Source of the DNA: the human T2T-CHM13v2.0 reference genome, Homo sapiens | Reading direction: 5' to 3' (one strand) | DNA: 64,000 nt | Assembly (NCBI RefSeq): GCF_009914755.1 | Contig: NC_060932.1 | Shown here: positions 52,727-64,000 of the stretch, piece by piece | Position numbering within the stretch: position 1 is the stretch's first letter | How the letters are laid out: every line of letters starts with the position of its first letter | The notes under the pieces: generated by a model | What the model was told of the DNA's origin: nothing | What the model saw: only the letters and a program-made list of their open reading frames with translations | The model's database searches: none | Program-made: the position numbers and the translations under genes

Positions 52727-53179
52727 ACAATGAGATCTCATGGACACAGGAAGGGGAACATCACACTCTGGGGACTGTTGTGGGGTGGGGGGAGGGGGGA
52801 GGGATAGCATCAGGAGATATACCTAATGCTAGATGACGAGTTAGTGGGTGCAGCGCACCAGCGTGGCACATGTATACATATGTAACTAACCTGCACAATG
52901 TGCACATGTACCCTAAAACTTAAAGTATAATAATAAAAGAAAAAAAAAAAAAGAAGAGCCTCTGTGCCCCATCCCCCACCCCCCAACGCCAGATTCGCAA
53001 GCTCATCTGCAGCCCAGTTCATGCACTGCCCTGGAGCATGAAGGGTCCAAGGGGTCAGGTGAGATGGCCCTGGGTCCGTGGTGACCTGACTTTCTGAGAC
53101 ATGGGAGACAGTCCCGATGTTACAGCAAGAAGCCCCTCAGGCCACTCTCCCTGAAGATGGAAACCGCTGCTGAGGGAGA

Positions 53180-53590
53180 AGAAAAGGAAAAATCAGTTAG
53201 GTAAACAGTTAAGGCTGGGCCAGGAGAAGCTGCCTGCCTGAAAAGTTGCAGCTGCTGCAGCTGCACAGATAAGCTGGGACAGATAAGGAGCCAGTAAAGC
53301 ACAGAAGCCTTTTATTCTTTGTATAAATAGTGAGCTCCCAGGAAAAAGTTTCCTACCTTTTTCAGGAATATATATGGTGGGCTCCATGGGAACTTTCACA
53401 GGGAGGAGGGGGCTTACCTAAAACAAACCCACAGTTACACAAAAAGCAGCGCTTTATACTTGCCTGGAGACATACCCACAGCAGCATAAGATAAAGGGAG
53501 TTGCACAGACAGCTTTACTGGTAAGAGAAATTACTCAAACTGCTACAGAGATGAGAGGAGTTTCTTATAAAAGCTTTTGAATTCAACAGT
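53180..53590 (+). mobile_element. Partial ERV1 MER4-group LTR (LTR48-like), ending just after the TATA box
   Basis: Starts TGAGGGAGAAGAAAAGGAAAAATCAG; contains CTTATAAAAG. Confidence 0.6.
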
Positions 53591-54486
53591 AACCTAGTTC
53601 AGACAACGAGAAACGGCTACATTAAAGTACATTGGTGAGACTCACTGCATCCCCAGCTCTGGCTCAGAGAGCATCCAGGGAGCCGGCCTTGTCAGCTTTG
53701 TCCCTTCCCAACTACAGATGTTGAGAACATGCCTCAACTCTGTGCCTCCACTTCTGCATCCACAAATAGGAGTCACAACAGTCTGATTACAGTAAGAGCT
53801 ACATAATTCAACATGCATGGCATGCTGGGGACAGAGTCTGCAACATAGACTGTGCTCAAAGCCTGTTCACTGGGGCCTGGCAGCACGGGTCCAGGGAACC
53901 TCCAGGAGGGGGGAGTCCGGGCACCACTGAGAAGAGGCAGGAACACAGTATGTCGGTTGGATGCTGTGATTTCATCTTACCCACTTCTATGAAAAATGTT
54001 AGCCATTGGGAAAATGCCCCCAACACTACCTGGGGGAATTAAAATTGCTGTTATTAATCCTGGAGTTCCAAGAAAAGAAACAGAACTGGCATCCGTGCAC
54101 CCAAGCTTAGTGTCAAAACCTTAGATCCCAGGGAATCTGTGATCCAAAGTTCTCTGACCAAGCAACAGTTTTACTGCTTCTGTCTAATCCTAGGTGCAGA
54201 TATTGTATTTACTGAACAAAATGACTAATCAGTTTATTTCCTTAATAGGCACAGTAAATGGTCAGCAAACATTTATTAATTAAATCAAATAAATGAAATA
54301 AATGGATACTTGGTGTTTTTGCAAGGTATTTAGAGGGAATAAAATTTAGAGAGACATAAACAATGTGTAATCTATTTGGAAAATAAAATTTAATATACAA
54401 CCAGAGATTATATGTGGAAAGACACTTGAGTTTCATAATGTAGTCTCTACCTCTCCCCTCAAATTAGTTTAAGCTATTTTAAAGAT

Positions 54487-54994
54487 TGTTGGGAACAGGT
54501 CCCCAAATCTGGCCATAAACTGGCCCCAAAACTGGCCAGAAATAAAATCCCTGCAGCACTGTGATATGTTCTTCATGGCCATGATGCCCACGCTGAAGGT
54601 TGTGGGTTTACCAGAATAAGGGCAAGGAACACCTGGCCCACCCAGGATGGAAAACTGCTTAAGGAGTTCCTAAGCCACAAACAATAGCAAGAGTGATCTG
54701 TGCCTTCAGGACATATTCCTGCTGCAGATAACTAGCCAGAGCCCAACCCTTTGTTTCAGCCCATCCCTTTGTTTCCCGTAAGGAATGCTTTTAGTTCATC
54801 TATAATCCATAGAAACAATGCTTATCACTGGCTTGCTGTCAATAAATATGTGGGTAAAACTGTTCGTGGCTTTCAGCTCTGAAGGCTGTCAGGCCCCTGA
54901 TTTCCCACTCCACACTCAGTATTTCTGTGTGTGTGTCTTTAATCCCTCTAGTGCCGCTGGGTCTAGGGTCTCCCTGACCAGGCTGGTCTCGGCA
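54487..54994 (+). mobile_element. MER9 5' LTR
   Basis: TGTTGGGAACAGG...GGTCTCGGCA; AATAAA at 54841. Confidence 0.93.
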
Positions 54995-54996
54995 AG

Positions 54997-55014
54997 TGGC
55001 ACTCATATGTGGGG
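54997..55014 (+). other. Primer-binding site (degenerate, tRNA-Lys type)
   Basis: TGGCACTCATATGTGGGG begins 2 nt after the LTR end. Confidence 0.7.
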
Positions 55015-55144
55015 GCTCGAATCCAGGTCAAAGGGTTGCCAGAGCAATGGCTGGAAAATGTGGAACTAAGCTGGAGGACACCCGAGTACTCTTAAGCAAT
55101 CCCCGTGGTGAGTAAGAAGGGAGCTCGGAAGCATCAGAGTAACA

Positions 55145-56548
55145 GTGGGACAAGTGTGGGCTCTGGTTCGTTCCACCTCGGAACCTTTCCACACTGATGA
55201 TGAGGAGGAAGGAGAATATTACAAAGTAACAGAAGAGGTGACAGAGCAGGTTTGTTTGCCAGCTAAAGCTAAAGTGGCAAAGGAGGGAGAGGTTCATTCC
55301 TACCCTTCTGCACCCCCTCATTATTTTGAAGAAAAAGAGTGGCCTGATCCTCCAGATCTTCCTTTTCCAGAGGACACAGGGCAAAAGGTAGTTGCCCCAG
55401 TGACTGTTTGAACAGCACCTCGAGCAACCACTCTCAGTTCTATTCATGCAGGAATCCAGCAAGCTAGAAGAGAGCGTGATTTAGAGTCTTGGCAGTTCCC
55501 TGTTAGAATACACACACCCGATCAACAGGGAAATATTACACCTACATTTGAGCCTTTTCCTTTTAAGTTACTTAAAGAATTTAAAGAAGCTATTAATCAA
55601 TATGGACGAGGTTCTCCTTTTGTAATGGGACTGTTAAAGAATGTTGCTGTTTCCAGTTGGATGATTCCCACTGATTGGGATGCTCTCACTCGAGCTTTTC
55701 TGACTCTTGCTCAGTTCTTACAATTTAAAACTTGGTGGGCAGATGAAGCTTCCATTCAGGCTGCTCACAAGGCCCAGGCCCAATCTCAAATTAATATAAC
55801 TGCAGACCAACTTTTGGGGGTTGGCAGCAGGGCTGGTTTAGATGCACAAGTGGTCATGCAGGATGATGCCATAGAGCAGCTTGGAGGAGTGTGCATCAGA
55901 GCTTGGGAAAAAATCACTTCAGGTGGAGAAAAATACCCTTCCTTTAGTGCTGTAAAACAGGGACCAAAAGAACTGTACACAGATTTCATAGCTCGGTTAT
56001 AGGAGTCTCTTAAAAAGGTGATTGCAGATTCAGCGGTTCAGGATATAGTGTGGTGGTTATTAGCTCTCAACAATGCTAATCCCGAGTGCCAGGCTGCTCT
56101 GTGACCTATTAGAGGGAAAGCACATTTAGTTGATTATATCAAGGCCTGTGATGGTATCAGAAGTAATCTGCATAAAGCTACTTTGTTGGCGCAAGCCATG
56201 GCAGGACTGAAAGTGAGTAAAGGAAACACTCCATTTCCTGGAACTTGTTTTAACTGTGGGAAGCATGGTCATACTAAAAAAGAATGTAGAAAAAATCAGC
56301 TAGTCAGGCTGCCAGTTGAGGGAAAAAAGAAAACTGCTGGGCCTGGAATACGTCCAAAATGTAAAAAAGGAAAACATTGGGCTAATCAGTGTCACTCTAA
56401 GTTTGATAAAGATGGGAACCTGATTTCAGGAAATGCCATGAGGGGCCCGTCCTGGGCCATGTTCCAAACCTGGGCATTTCCAGCTCAGGCTACTCCCTCA
56501 CCCCTGTACAATGTCTGTCCCCCACCACAGCTGGTAATCCTGCAGTAG
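55145..56548 (+). pseudogene. gag: HML-3 gag (GTG at start position, internal stops)
   Basis: MHR-like VKQGPKELYTDFIARL; zinc knuckle CFNCGKHGHTKKEC; second knuckle broken (RPKCKKGKHWANQC); PSAP-like YPSAPP. Confidence 0.9.
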
Positions 56549-57357
56549 ATTTATGCTGCACAGAAGCTGTGAGTCTTCTTCTGCCTGGGGAACCCCCGCA
56601 AAAAGTTACAACAGGGATCTGTGGACCCTTGCCAGCAGGGACTGTAGGATTACTTCTAGGTAGGTACAGTTCAAATTTAAAAGGAGTGCAAGTACATACA
56701 TGTGTCATTGATTCATATTACAATGGGGAAATTCAAATTGTTATATCTGCTCCTGTTCCCTGGAAAGCAGAGCCAGGAGAGCATATTGCACAGCTCCTGA
56801 TTGTGCCATATGTGGAAATGGGGAAAAGTGAAACTAAATGAACAGGAGGATTTGGAAGCACAAATAAACAAGGCAAAGCAGTTTATTGGGTAAATCAAAT
56901 TACTGAGAAAAGTCCTACCTGTGAAATAACTATTCAGGGAAAGAAATTTAAAGGTTTGGTAGACACAGGAGTGGACATTTCAATCATTTCTCTACAGCAC
57001 TGGCCATCCATGTGGCCAATTCAACCCACCCAATTTAACATAGTTGGAGTTGGTGAAGCCCCTGAAGTATATCAAAGTAGTTATATTTTGCATTGTGAAG
57101 GGCCTGATGGACAACCTGGGACTATTCAACCAATTATAACTTCTCTACCTATAAATTTATGGGGGAGAGATTTATTACAACAATTGGAAGCACAAGTTCT
57201 AATTTCAGAGCAATTATACAGCCCCCAAAGTCAACATATGATGCACGAAATGGGATATGTCCCTGGTATGGGACTAGGAAAAAATTTGCAAGGTTTGAAG
57301 GAACTGCTTCAAGCGGAAAGACAAAATTCCTGCCAAGGTTTAGGATATCATTTTTGA
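56430..57357 (+). pseudogene. pro: HML-3 pro (dUTPase, protease, G-patch), internal stop at 56839
   Basis: dUTPase motifs (GLLLGRYS, VIDSYYNGEIQI); VDTGVD; [11 protein letters not shown]. Confidence 0.9.
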
Positions 57358-59900
57358 TGGCGGACATTGTTAAGCCTCCAGGACCTATACCTTTAAAATG
57401 CTTAACAGATAAGCCAATTTGGATAGAACAATGGCCACTAAGTAAAGAGAAACTGGAGGCTTTAGAGGACTTAGTTACTGAACAATTAGAAAAAGGACAC
57501 ATAGCTCCAACATTTTCCCCCTAGAATTCTCCAGTTTTTGTTATTAGGAAAAAATCAGGTAAATGGAGAATGTTGACAGATCTTAGAGCCATTAATTCAA
57601 TTATACAACATATGGAGACATTGCAGCCAGGACTGCCTTCTCCTGCTATGATTCCAAAAAATTGGCCTTTAATAGTCATAGATTTAAAAGACTGTTTCTT
57701 TACTATCCCCTTAGCTGAGCAAGACTGTGAACAGTTTGCATTTACAGTTCCTGCGGTAAGCAACCTGCAACCTGCTAAATGTTTTCACTGGAAAGTGTTG
57801 CCACAAGCCATGTTAAATAGTCCAACAATTTGCCAGACTTATTTAGGGTAAGCAATTGAACCTACTCATAAAAAATTTTCACAGTGTTACAGTATTCATT
57901 ATATAGATAATATTTTTTTGCGCTGCCCCCACTCAAGAAATATTACTCCAATGTTATGATCACTTGCAAAATTCGATTTTTCATGCTGGTTTAATTATAG
58001 CTCCTGACAAAATTCAGACTCCTACCCCTTACTCCTACTTGGGGACCTTAGTAAATGACACTACAATTGTGCCACAGAAAGTAACCATACATAGGGATCA
58101 ATTAAAAACATTAAATGACTTTTGAAAATCACTAGGGGACATTAATTGGATATGACCTGCTCTAGGCATTCCTACCTATGCCATGAGTAATCTATTTTCT
58201 ATCCTTAGAGGAGACCCTAATCTCACTAGCCCTCGGCAATTAACAAAGGAGGCTGAGGCAGATTTACAGCTGATTGAAAAGCTCAGATAAATAGACTGGG
58301 TCCATAGAAGACTCTAGATTTACTGATTTTTTCAACTCAGCATTCACTTATTGTTGTTATTGTTCAAGAGCAAGATCTTGTAGAGAGGCTTTTTCTTCCA
58401 CATACTAAGTCATGGACTTTGACTCCTTATTTTGATCAAATGACTACCATGAAAGGAAATGGGAGAACTCAGATTGTTAAATTACATGGATATGATCCTG
58501 GAAAAATTATCGTCCCTCTCACAAGGCACAAATACAGCAAGCTTTTATAAATAGTCTTACTTGGCAAACCCATTTAGCTGATTTCCTGGGTGTTCTTGAT
58601 AATCACTTTCCAAAAACAAAATAGTTTCAATTTTTGAAATTAACTAATTGGATTCTCCCTAAAATAACTAAATTTAAGCCAACTGAATGTGGTAAAAATG
58701 TCTTCACAGATGGGTCTAGTAATGGTAACGCTTCTTATTTTGGCTTGAAAGGTAAAGTTTTTCAGACGCCCTATACTTCAGCTCAAAAAGCAGAGCTTGT
58801 AGCTGTAATTGAGGTATTGACTGCTTTTAATACGCCTATTAATGTGATTTCTGATTCTTCATATGTGGTTCATTCCACACAATTAATTGAAAATGCTCAG
58901 CTATGATTTCATACAGATGAACAACTGATGACTTTATTTACCCAATTGCAAATAGCAGTTAGGAGTAGAATGCACCCTTTTTACATCACTCATACTAGGG
59001 CTCATACACCTCTTCCAGGACCTTTAACTGCAGGGAATCATATGGCTGATCGCCTAGTTGCTACTGCAATATCTAATGCTAGACACTTTCACAATTTAAC
59101 CCATGTTAATGCCTCTGGTCTCAAACACAGATACAAGATTACCTGGAAAGAAGCTAAAGCTATTATCCAGCAATGCCCAACTTGCCAAATGGTACATTCT
59201 TCATCTTTTACAGGAGGAGTTAATCATTGAGGATTAGAACCTAATTCTTCTTGGCAAATGGGTGTCACACATGTTCCCTCGTTTGGGAGACTAGCTTATG
59301 TACATGTATGTGTGGACACCTTTTCTCACTTTGTCTAGGCTACATGCCAATCAGGAGAGTCTTCTGCCTCTGTTAAATGTCACCTTTTGCAGTGTTTTGC
59401 AGTGATGGGCATTCCAGCTTCTATTAAAACAGTTAATGCCTCAGGCTATACTAGCCAAGCTCTAGCTACATTTTTCTCTATATGGAATATTAAACACATT
59501 ACTGGCATGCCATGTAATTCTCAAGGACAAGTGGAAAGAATGAATCTCTCCCTGAAACAGCAGTTACAAAACCAAAAAAGGGGGAGAAATAGGGACTATG
59601 GGACACCACACATGCAATTTAACCTAGTATTATTAACTTTAAATTTTTTGAGCCTGCTTGCCTAAAGGCCAGATGCTATCAGCAGCTGAACAGCATCCAC
59701 AGAAACCAGCTGCAAAGACAGAAGCAGAACAACTGGTTTGGCAGAGAGATTCCATAACAAAAAGTTGGGAAATAGGTAAAATAATAACTTGGGGTAGAGG
59801 TTATGCTTGTGTTTCTCCAGGATCAAATCAACAGCCGATTTGGATACCATCAAGACACCTGAAACCTTATCATGAGCCAGATGCTGAGGAAGAGATTCCG
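57340..59900 (+). pseudogene. pol: HML-3 pol (RT, RNase H, integrase), multiple stops and frameshifts
   Basis: [24 protein letters not shown] at about 57900 (catalytic motif mutated), FTDGS, HNLTH...CPTC, WGRGYACV. Confidence 0.9.
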
Positions 59901-60930
59901 GGAGGAACTCGAGGACCCCTCAGTTGCAGCCATGTCGAGACTGACACTGAGGAGGACCCCAACTGTCATGAGCAACACCTGTCAAACACAGCCACCCACC
60001 TGGGGACAGATCAAGAAGCTGTCACAGATGATGGAAGAAAACCTGAGGAAAGCAGGACAACCAGTCACAATGAGTAATTTAATGGTAGCTATGATAGCAG
60101 TAATCACCATTCCCATGAGTATTCCTTCAACAAGGGCTGACACAGAGAACAATTATACTTATTGGACATATTTATCAATCTTGGCTGGCAATAATGCCTG
60201 GATGTAATCACTCTATGACACAGTTACACATGCTTTCTGATCTCAGTATTTTCCATAATAAATCTGCTCCTATAATGGAGGCATACCGCCCTCAAAAACC
60301 TATTTGTAAGCAGAATTGGACCTGGCCAGAAAAAATGAATGTACTTGTTTAGGAAGATTGCATTGCAGAACAGGCAGAGGTGCTGTGCAATGATTCTTAT
60401 GGAATCATTATTGATTGGTCCCCTAAGGGGATGTTTAGCTTGAATTGCACCTCTCAGTCTGCATTCCATGGCCACACTATGTTCAGCTGGTCTGAACAAA
60501 ATGGTCAGATGGTAGAAATGGTAAGAAGTATGGCAAGAGTTCCTATTATCTGGAAACATGGTGGCATAGTGGCACCTCAGCCTCAAATGATATGGCCCAC
60601 TGTAGGAGCTAAACATAAGGATTTGTGGAAACTATTAATAGCTCTTAATAAGATCAAAATTTGGGAAAGAATAAAAAGGCATCTAGAAGAACACTCTACA
60701 AACTTGTCTTTGGATATTGCAAAATTAAAAGAACTAATATTTAAAGCATCCCAGGCACACCTGACCTTAATGCCAGGAACTGGAGTTCTTAAAGGAGCTG
60801 CAGACAAATTAGCAGCTAGTAACCCATTAAAATGGATTAAAAACACTTGGAGGCTCTGTGATTTCAATGATGATTGTGCTTTTAATCTGTGTTGTTTGTC
60901 TTTGTATAGTCTACAGATGTGGATCCTGAC
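59872..60930 (+). pseudogene. env: HML-3 env, internally deleted
   Basis: Leader PPTWGQIKKL; NYTYW; GIIIDWSPKG; TM remnant NLSLDIAKLKELIFKASQAHL. Confidence 0.85.
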
Positions 60931-60989
60931 TCCTGTGAGAAGTAGCTCACCGTGACAGAGCTGCCTTTGCTTTTATCACTTTGCAAAAC

Positions 60990-61003
60990 AAAGAAGGGGG
61001 AAA
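60990..61003 (+). other. Polypurine tract
   Basis: AAAGAAGGGGGAAA directly before the 3' LTR. Confidence 0.9.
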
Positions 61004-61500
61004 TGTTGGGAACAGGCCCCCAAATCTGGCCATAAACTGGCCATAAACAAAATCTCTGCAGCACTGTGACATGCCTTGTGATGGCCATGACATCCACGCT
61101 GAAGGACGTGGGTTTACCGGAATGAGGGCAATGAACACCTGGCCACTCCCGGCAGAAAACTGCTTAAGGCATTCTTAAACCACAAACAATAGCATGAGCA
61201 ATCTGTGCCTTAAGGACATGCTCCTGCTGCAGATAACTAGCCAGAGCCCATCCCTTTATTTCGGTCCATCCCTTTGTTTCCCATAAGAAATACTTTTAGT
61301 TAATCTATAATCTATAGAAACAATGCTTATCACTGGCTTGCTGTCAATAAATATGTGGGTAAATCCCTGTTCAAGGCTCTCAGCTCTGAAGGCTGTGAGA
61401 CCCCTGATTTCTCACTCCACACTGTATATTTCTGTGTGTGTGTCTTTAATTCCTCTAGTGCCTCTGGGTTAGGGTCTCCACAACTGAGTTGGTCTCGGCA
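61004..61500 (+). mobile_element. MER9 3' LTR
   Basis: TGTTGGGAACAGG...GGTCTCGGCA followed by the TSD. Confidence 0.93.
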
Positions 61501-62734
61501 AAAGATGTAAGCATGTTCAACACACCATAAATACATTTGTCCTCTGGATTGGGAAGACTGCAAGCTGGTGGGTGGGGACACACAGAGAGGACACTCTGGG
61601 CACAGAAGCTATGGGTTTGCTGAACTCCAGAACTGAAAGCAGACAGAAGCAGACAGGCATTCTATCACTGCAGGATCAGCTAGAATCAAAATAGTTCCCT
61701 GCATGGCTATTCCCAGAGCCACGCTCCTCGTAAGAAACCAGGAGCTGAAATAAGAATTCTACCCCTAAGAAATGACACCAACATATCTGCAGCAATTACT
61801 GCCCATGGCTGTGCCTAAATAGAATCAAACTAAATAGAATCAAACTGGGACCAAACTTCTCATTTCTCAATCCATGATCTCTCCCACATCAGCCCCAGGC
61901 AAGAACCCCAAATCTGCCAATACAACAGCTGGTTGCAGACCAGGCTTCCAGGGAGATGAGAGGAAGCAACCACCCAATAGGCTCTTAGAGAGAAGAAAAT
62001 TTCCCACTCAGGATAAAGCTACAAATGAAACCTCCAAAGCACATAAGAAAAAATTTGTAAGAGACAGCCAACAAATGCAACAATCATGATATAAATTTAC
62101 TGCTCTCAAAATCCAAGTAGAACAAACCAAAAATAACTTTAAATAAGTATAGGTAATACTCTTAATGGTAACAAAGAAGAATAAAAATATGATTAAAATA
62201 GAGAGTTATAATTAAGAACAGATGGATATGAAAAATATAAAAATAGAAATTCTGAAAGTAAAAACCAGAATCATTAAAATAAATGGCCCAAACAATAAAA
62301 AAGAAAATAAATAAAAAGATAGAAAAAAAAACAAAAAAAATCTTTAAAAGGAAGAAAAAATAACAAAAAAATAAATAAGAAATAAGAAATGGCTAATTAG
62401 CCAAGCATGTCTAGACTAGATTCAATAAAATAGAGAATTAAAATTAACATAAAGACAACAAATAATTCAGTGTTAAGTAATATTGTCTAGAAAGACTATC
62501 AGAGCCCAGAGAAGGGAGAGATCTCTGTGGGTTGAAGTAGCTTCAGGGAGTTTCTGGAAGAGGTTACTTGAACAAGTCCTTAGATGCTCCTAACAGAAAG
62601 ACGCCTAAAACTGAATGAATTGCAGGTGTATGTTCCGGAATGCTGCCTGCCATCCCAACCATGGCTTCACAAATCCTTTGCAAAAAAATCCTCTAAGTTC
62701 AAAAAAGGAATAAAACTCTTTAAATTAAAAAAGA

Positions 62735-63705
62735 AAATGCACCGAAGATGGGGAGAAATTTGAACCCTGTGTATTGCTGGTGAGAATGTAAAAAGGTACA
62801 GCTGCTATGGAAAACAATATGGCAGTTCCTGAAAAAAATTAAACATCAATCACCACATGATCCAGCAATTCCACTTCTGGGCATACATCCAAAAGAATGT
62901 TAAGCATCAACATAAACAGATATTTGCATGCCAGTGTTTATAACAGCATTGTTCACAATAACCAAAAGATGGAAACAACCCAAATGCCCATCAACACATG
63001 ACTGGGTAAACAGCATGTGGTATACATACAAAGGAATATTTCATAAAAGGAAGGAAATTCTGACACATGATATAACATGAATGAACCTTGAAGACACTAT
63101 GTTAAATGAAAGAAAAACAGATACAAAAGAACAAATATTCCACTTATATGAGGTATGTAGAGTAGTCAAATTCATAGAGACATAAACTATAACGATGGCT
63201 GCCTGGGAGTGGGGAGTTGGTGTTTCACGGTACAGAGTTTCAGTTTGGGAAAATGAAAAAGTTCTGGAGGTGAATGGTGGTGATGGTTGCAACACAGTGT
63301 GAATATACTTAATGCCACTGAAAATGTATATTTAAAAATGTACACTGGGCTAGATGCAGTGGCTCACACCTATAATCTCAACAATTTGTAAGGCCAAGGC
63401 AGTAGGATTGCTTGAGGCCAGGAGTTTACAACCAGCCTGGGCAACATAGGAGACCCCCATCTCTACAAAAACAAAATTGTCATAATTAGTCTGGTGTTGT
63501 GGTGTGTTCATGTAGTATTAGCTACTCGGGAGGCTGAGGCTGGAGGCTGCAGTGAGGTATGATTATGCCACTGCACTCCAGCCTGGGTGGCAGAGAAAGA
63601 CACTGCCTCTAAGAAACAAAAGAAAGAAAGAAAAAACGCACACTTAATGTACACTTAAAATGGTTAAAATGGTAAATTTTATGTTATGTATATTGTACCA
63701 CAACT
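62735..63705 (+). mobile_element. L1MB-type 3' end (L1MB3-like) interrupted by an Alu
   Basis: gatccagcaattccacttctggg; cagagtttcagtttgggaaaatgaaaaagttctggag; ggtaaattttatgttatg. Confidence 0.85.
63347..63636 (+). mobile_element. AluJ with a small right-arm deletion
   Basis: Diverged dimeric Alu; ggaggctgaggc joined to tggaggctgcagtgag. Confidence 0.88.
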
Positions 63706-63931
63706 GTGCAAAAAAAAAAAAAAAAAAGAAAACAGAAAATGCCCACAAAAAATCACTAGATCACAAATAATTCTAGGTGATGTGTACTGAGCTACCTCCC
63801 TTATCTGCCTCAGTGGTCTTCTGTTCATGAACCTGACTTGCATCTCACTTAAGCCAGCATCAGTAAAACGTTTACTGTTATGATAAATTTCAAAGGAGGC
63901 CATATGTGAAAAAGCCTGCTACAGTGTGGAA

Positions 63932-64000
63932 TCTTTCTTTTTTTTTTTTTTTTTTTTTTTTTTGAGATGGAATCTCGCTCTGGAGTCCAGGCTGGAGTGC
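63932..64000 (-). mobile_element. Alu 3' end (continues beyond window)
   Basis: Long poly-T then gagatggaatctcgctct. Confidence 0.9.

Larger units (their letters stand above)
54487..61500 (+). mobile_element. HERV-K(HML-3)/HERVK9 provirus
   Basis: Two MER9 LTRs, PBS, gag-pro-pol-env remnants, PPT; perfect TSD AAAGAT at 54481-54486 and 61501-61506. Confidence 0.95.

Noticed and set aside
55145-59900. Coding-competent HERV-K gag/pro/pol
   Set aside because: Multiple stops and frameshifts, GTG in place of the gag ATG, RT motif YIDN, broken second zinc knuckle.

Overview
Primate (human-like) genomic DNA dominated by transposable elements, with no recognisable host protein-coding gene. Main contents: a split L1PA13-15-like element and an MSTA-type MaLR provirus (1-8.6 kb) whose pieces show a three-junction rearrangement; old L1MD/L1MC remnants with a nested MER4-group LTR and Alus (9.8-16.5 kb); mostly unique DNA with MIRs, microsatellites and candidate non-coding exons (16.5-30 kb); a CA-rich tandem tract next to a GC/CpG-rich block (30.4-32.6 kb); MLT1/ERVL remnants (34-39 kb); a near full-length L1PA15/16-like element with a 74-bp ORF1 copy inserted in its RT region (39.6-45.1 kb); a near full-length L1PA2/3 with a 12-bp TSD and an antisense ORF0 that reads out into flanking DNA (47.06-52.95 kb); and a 7.0-kb HERV-K(HML-3)/HERVK9 provirus with two MER9 LTRs and a perfect 6-bp TSD (54487-61500). 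I found no convincing new biological system; the strongest observations are structural. Subfamily names come from recalled consensus sequences, not database searches, and boundaries of old repeats are approximate.
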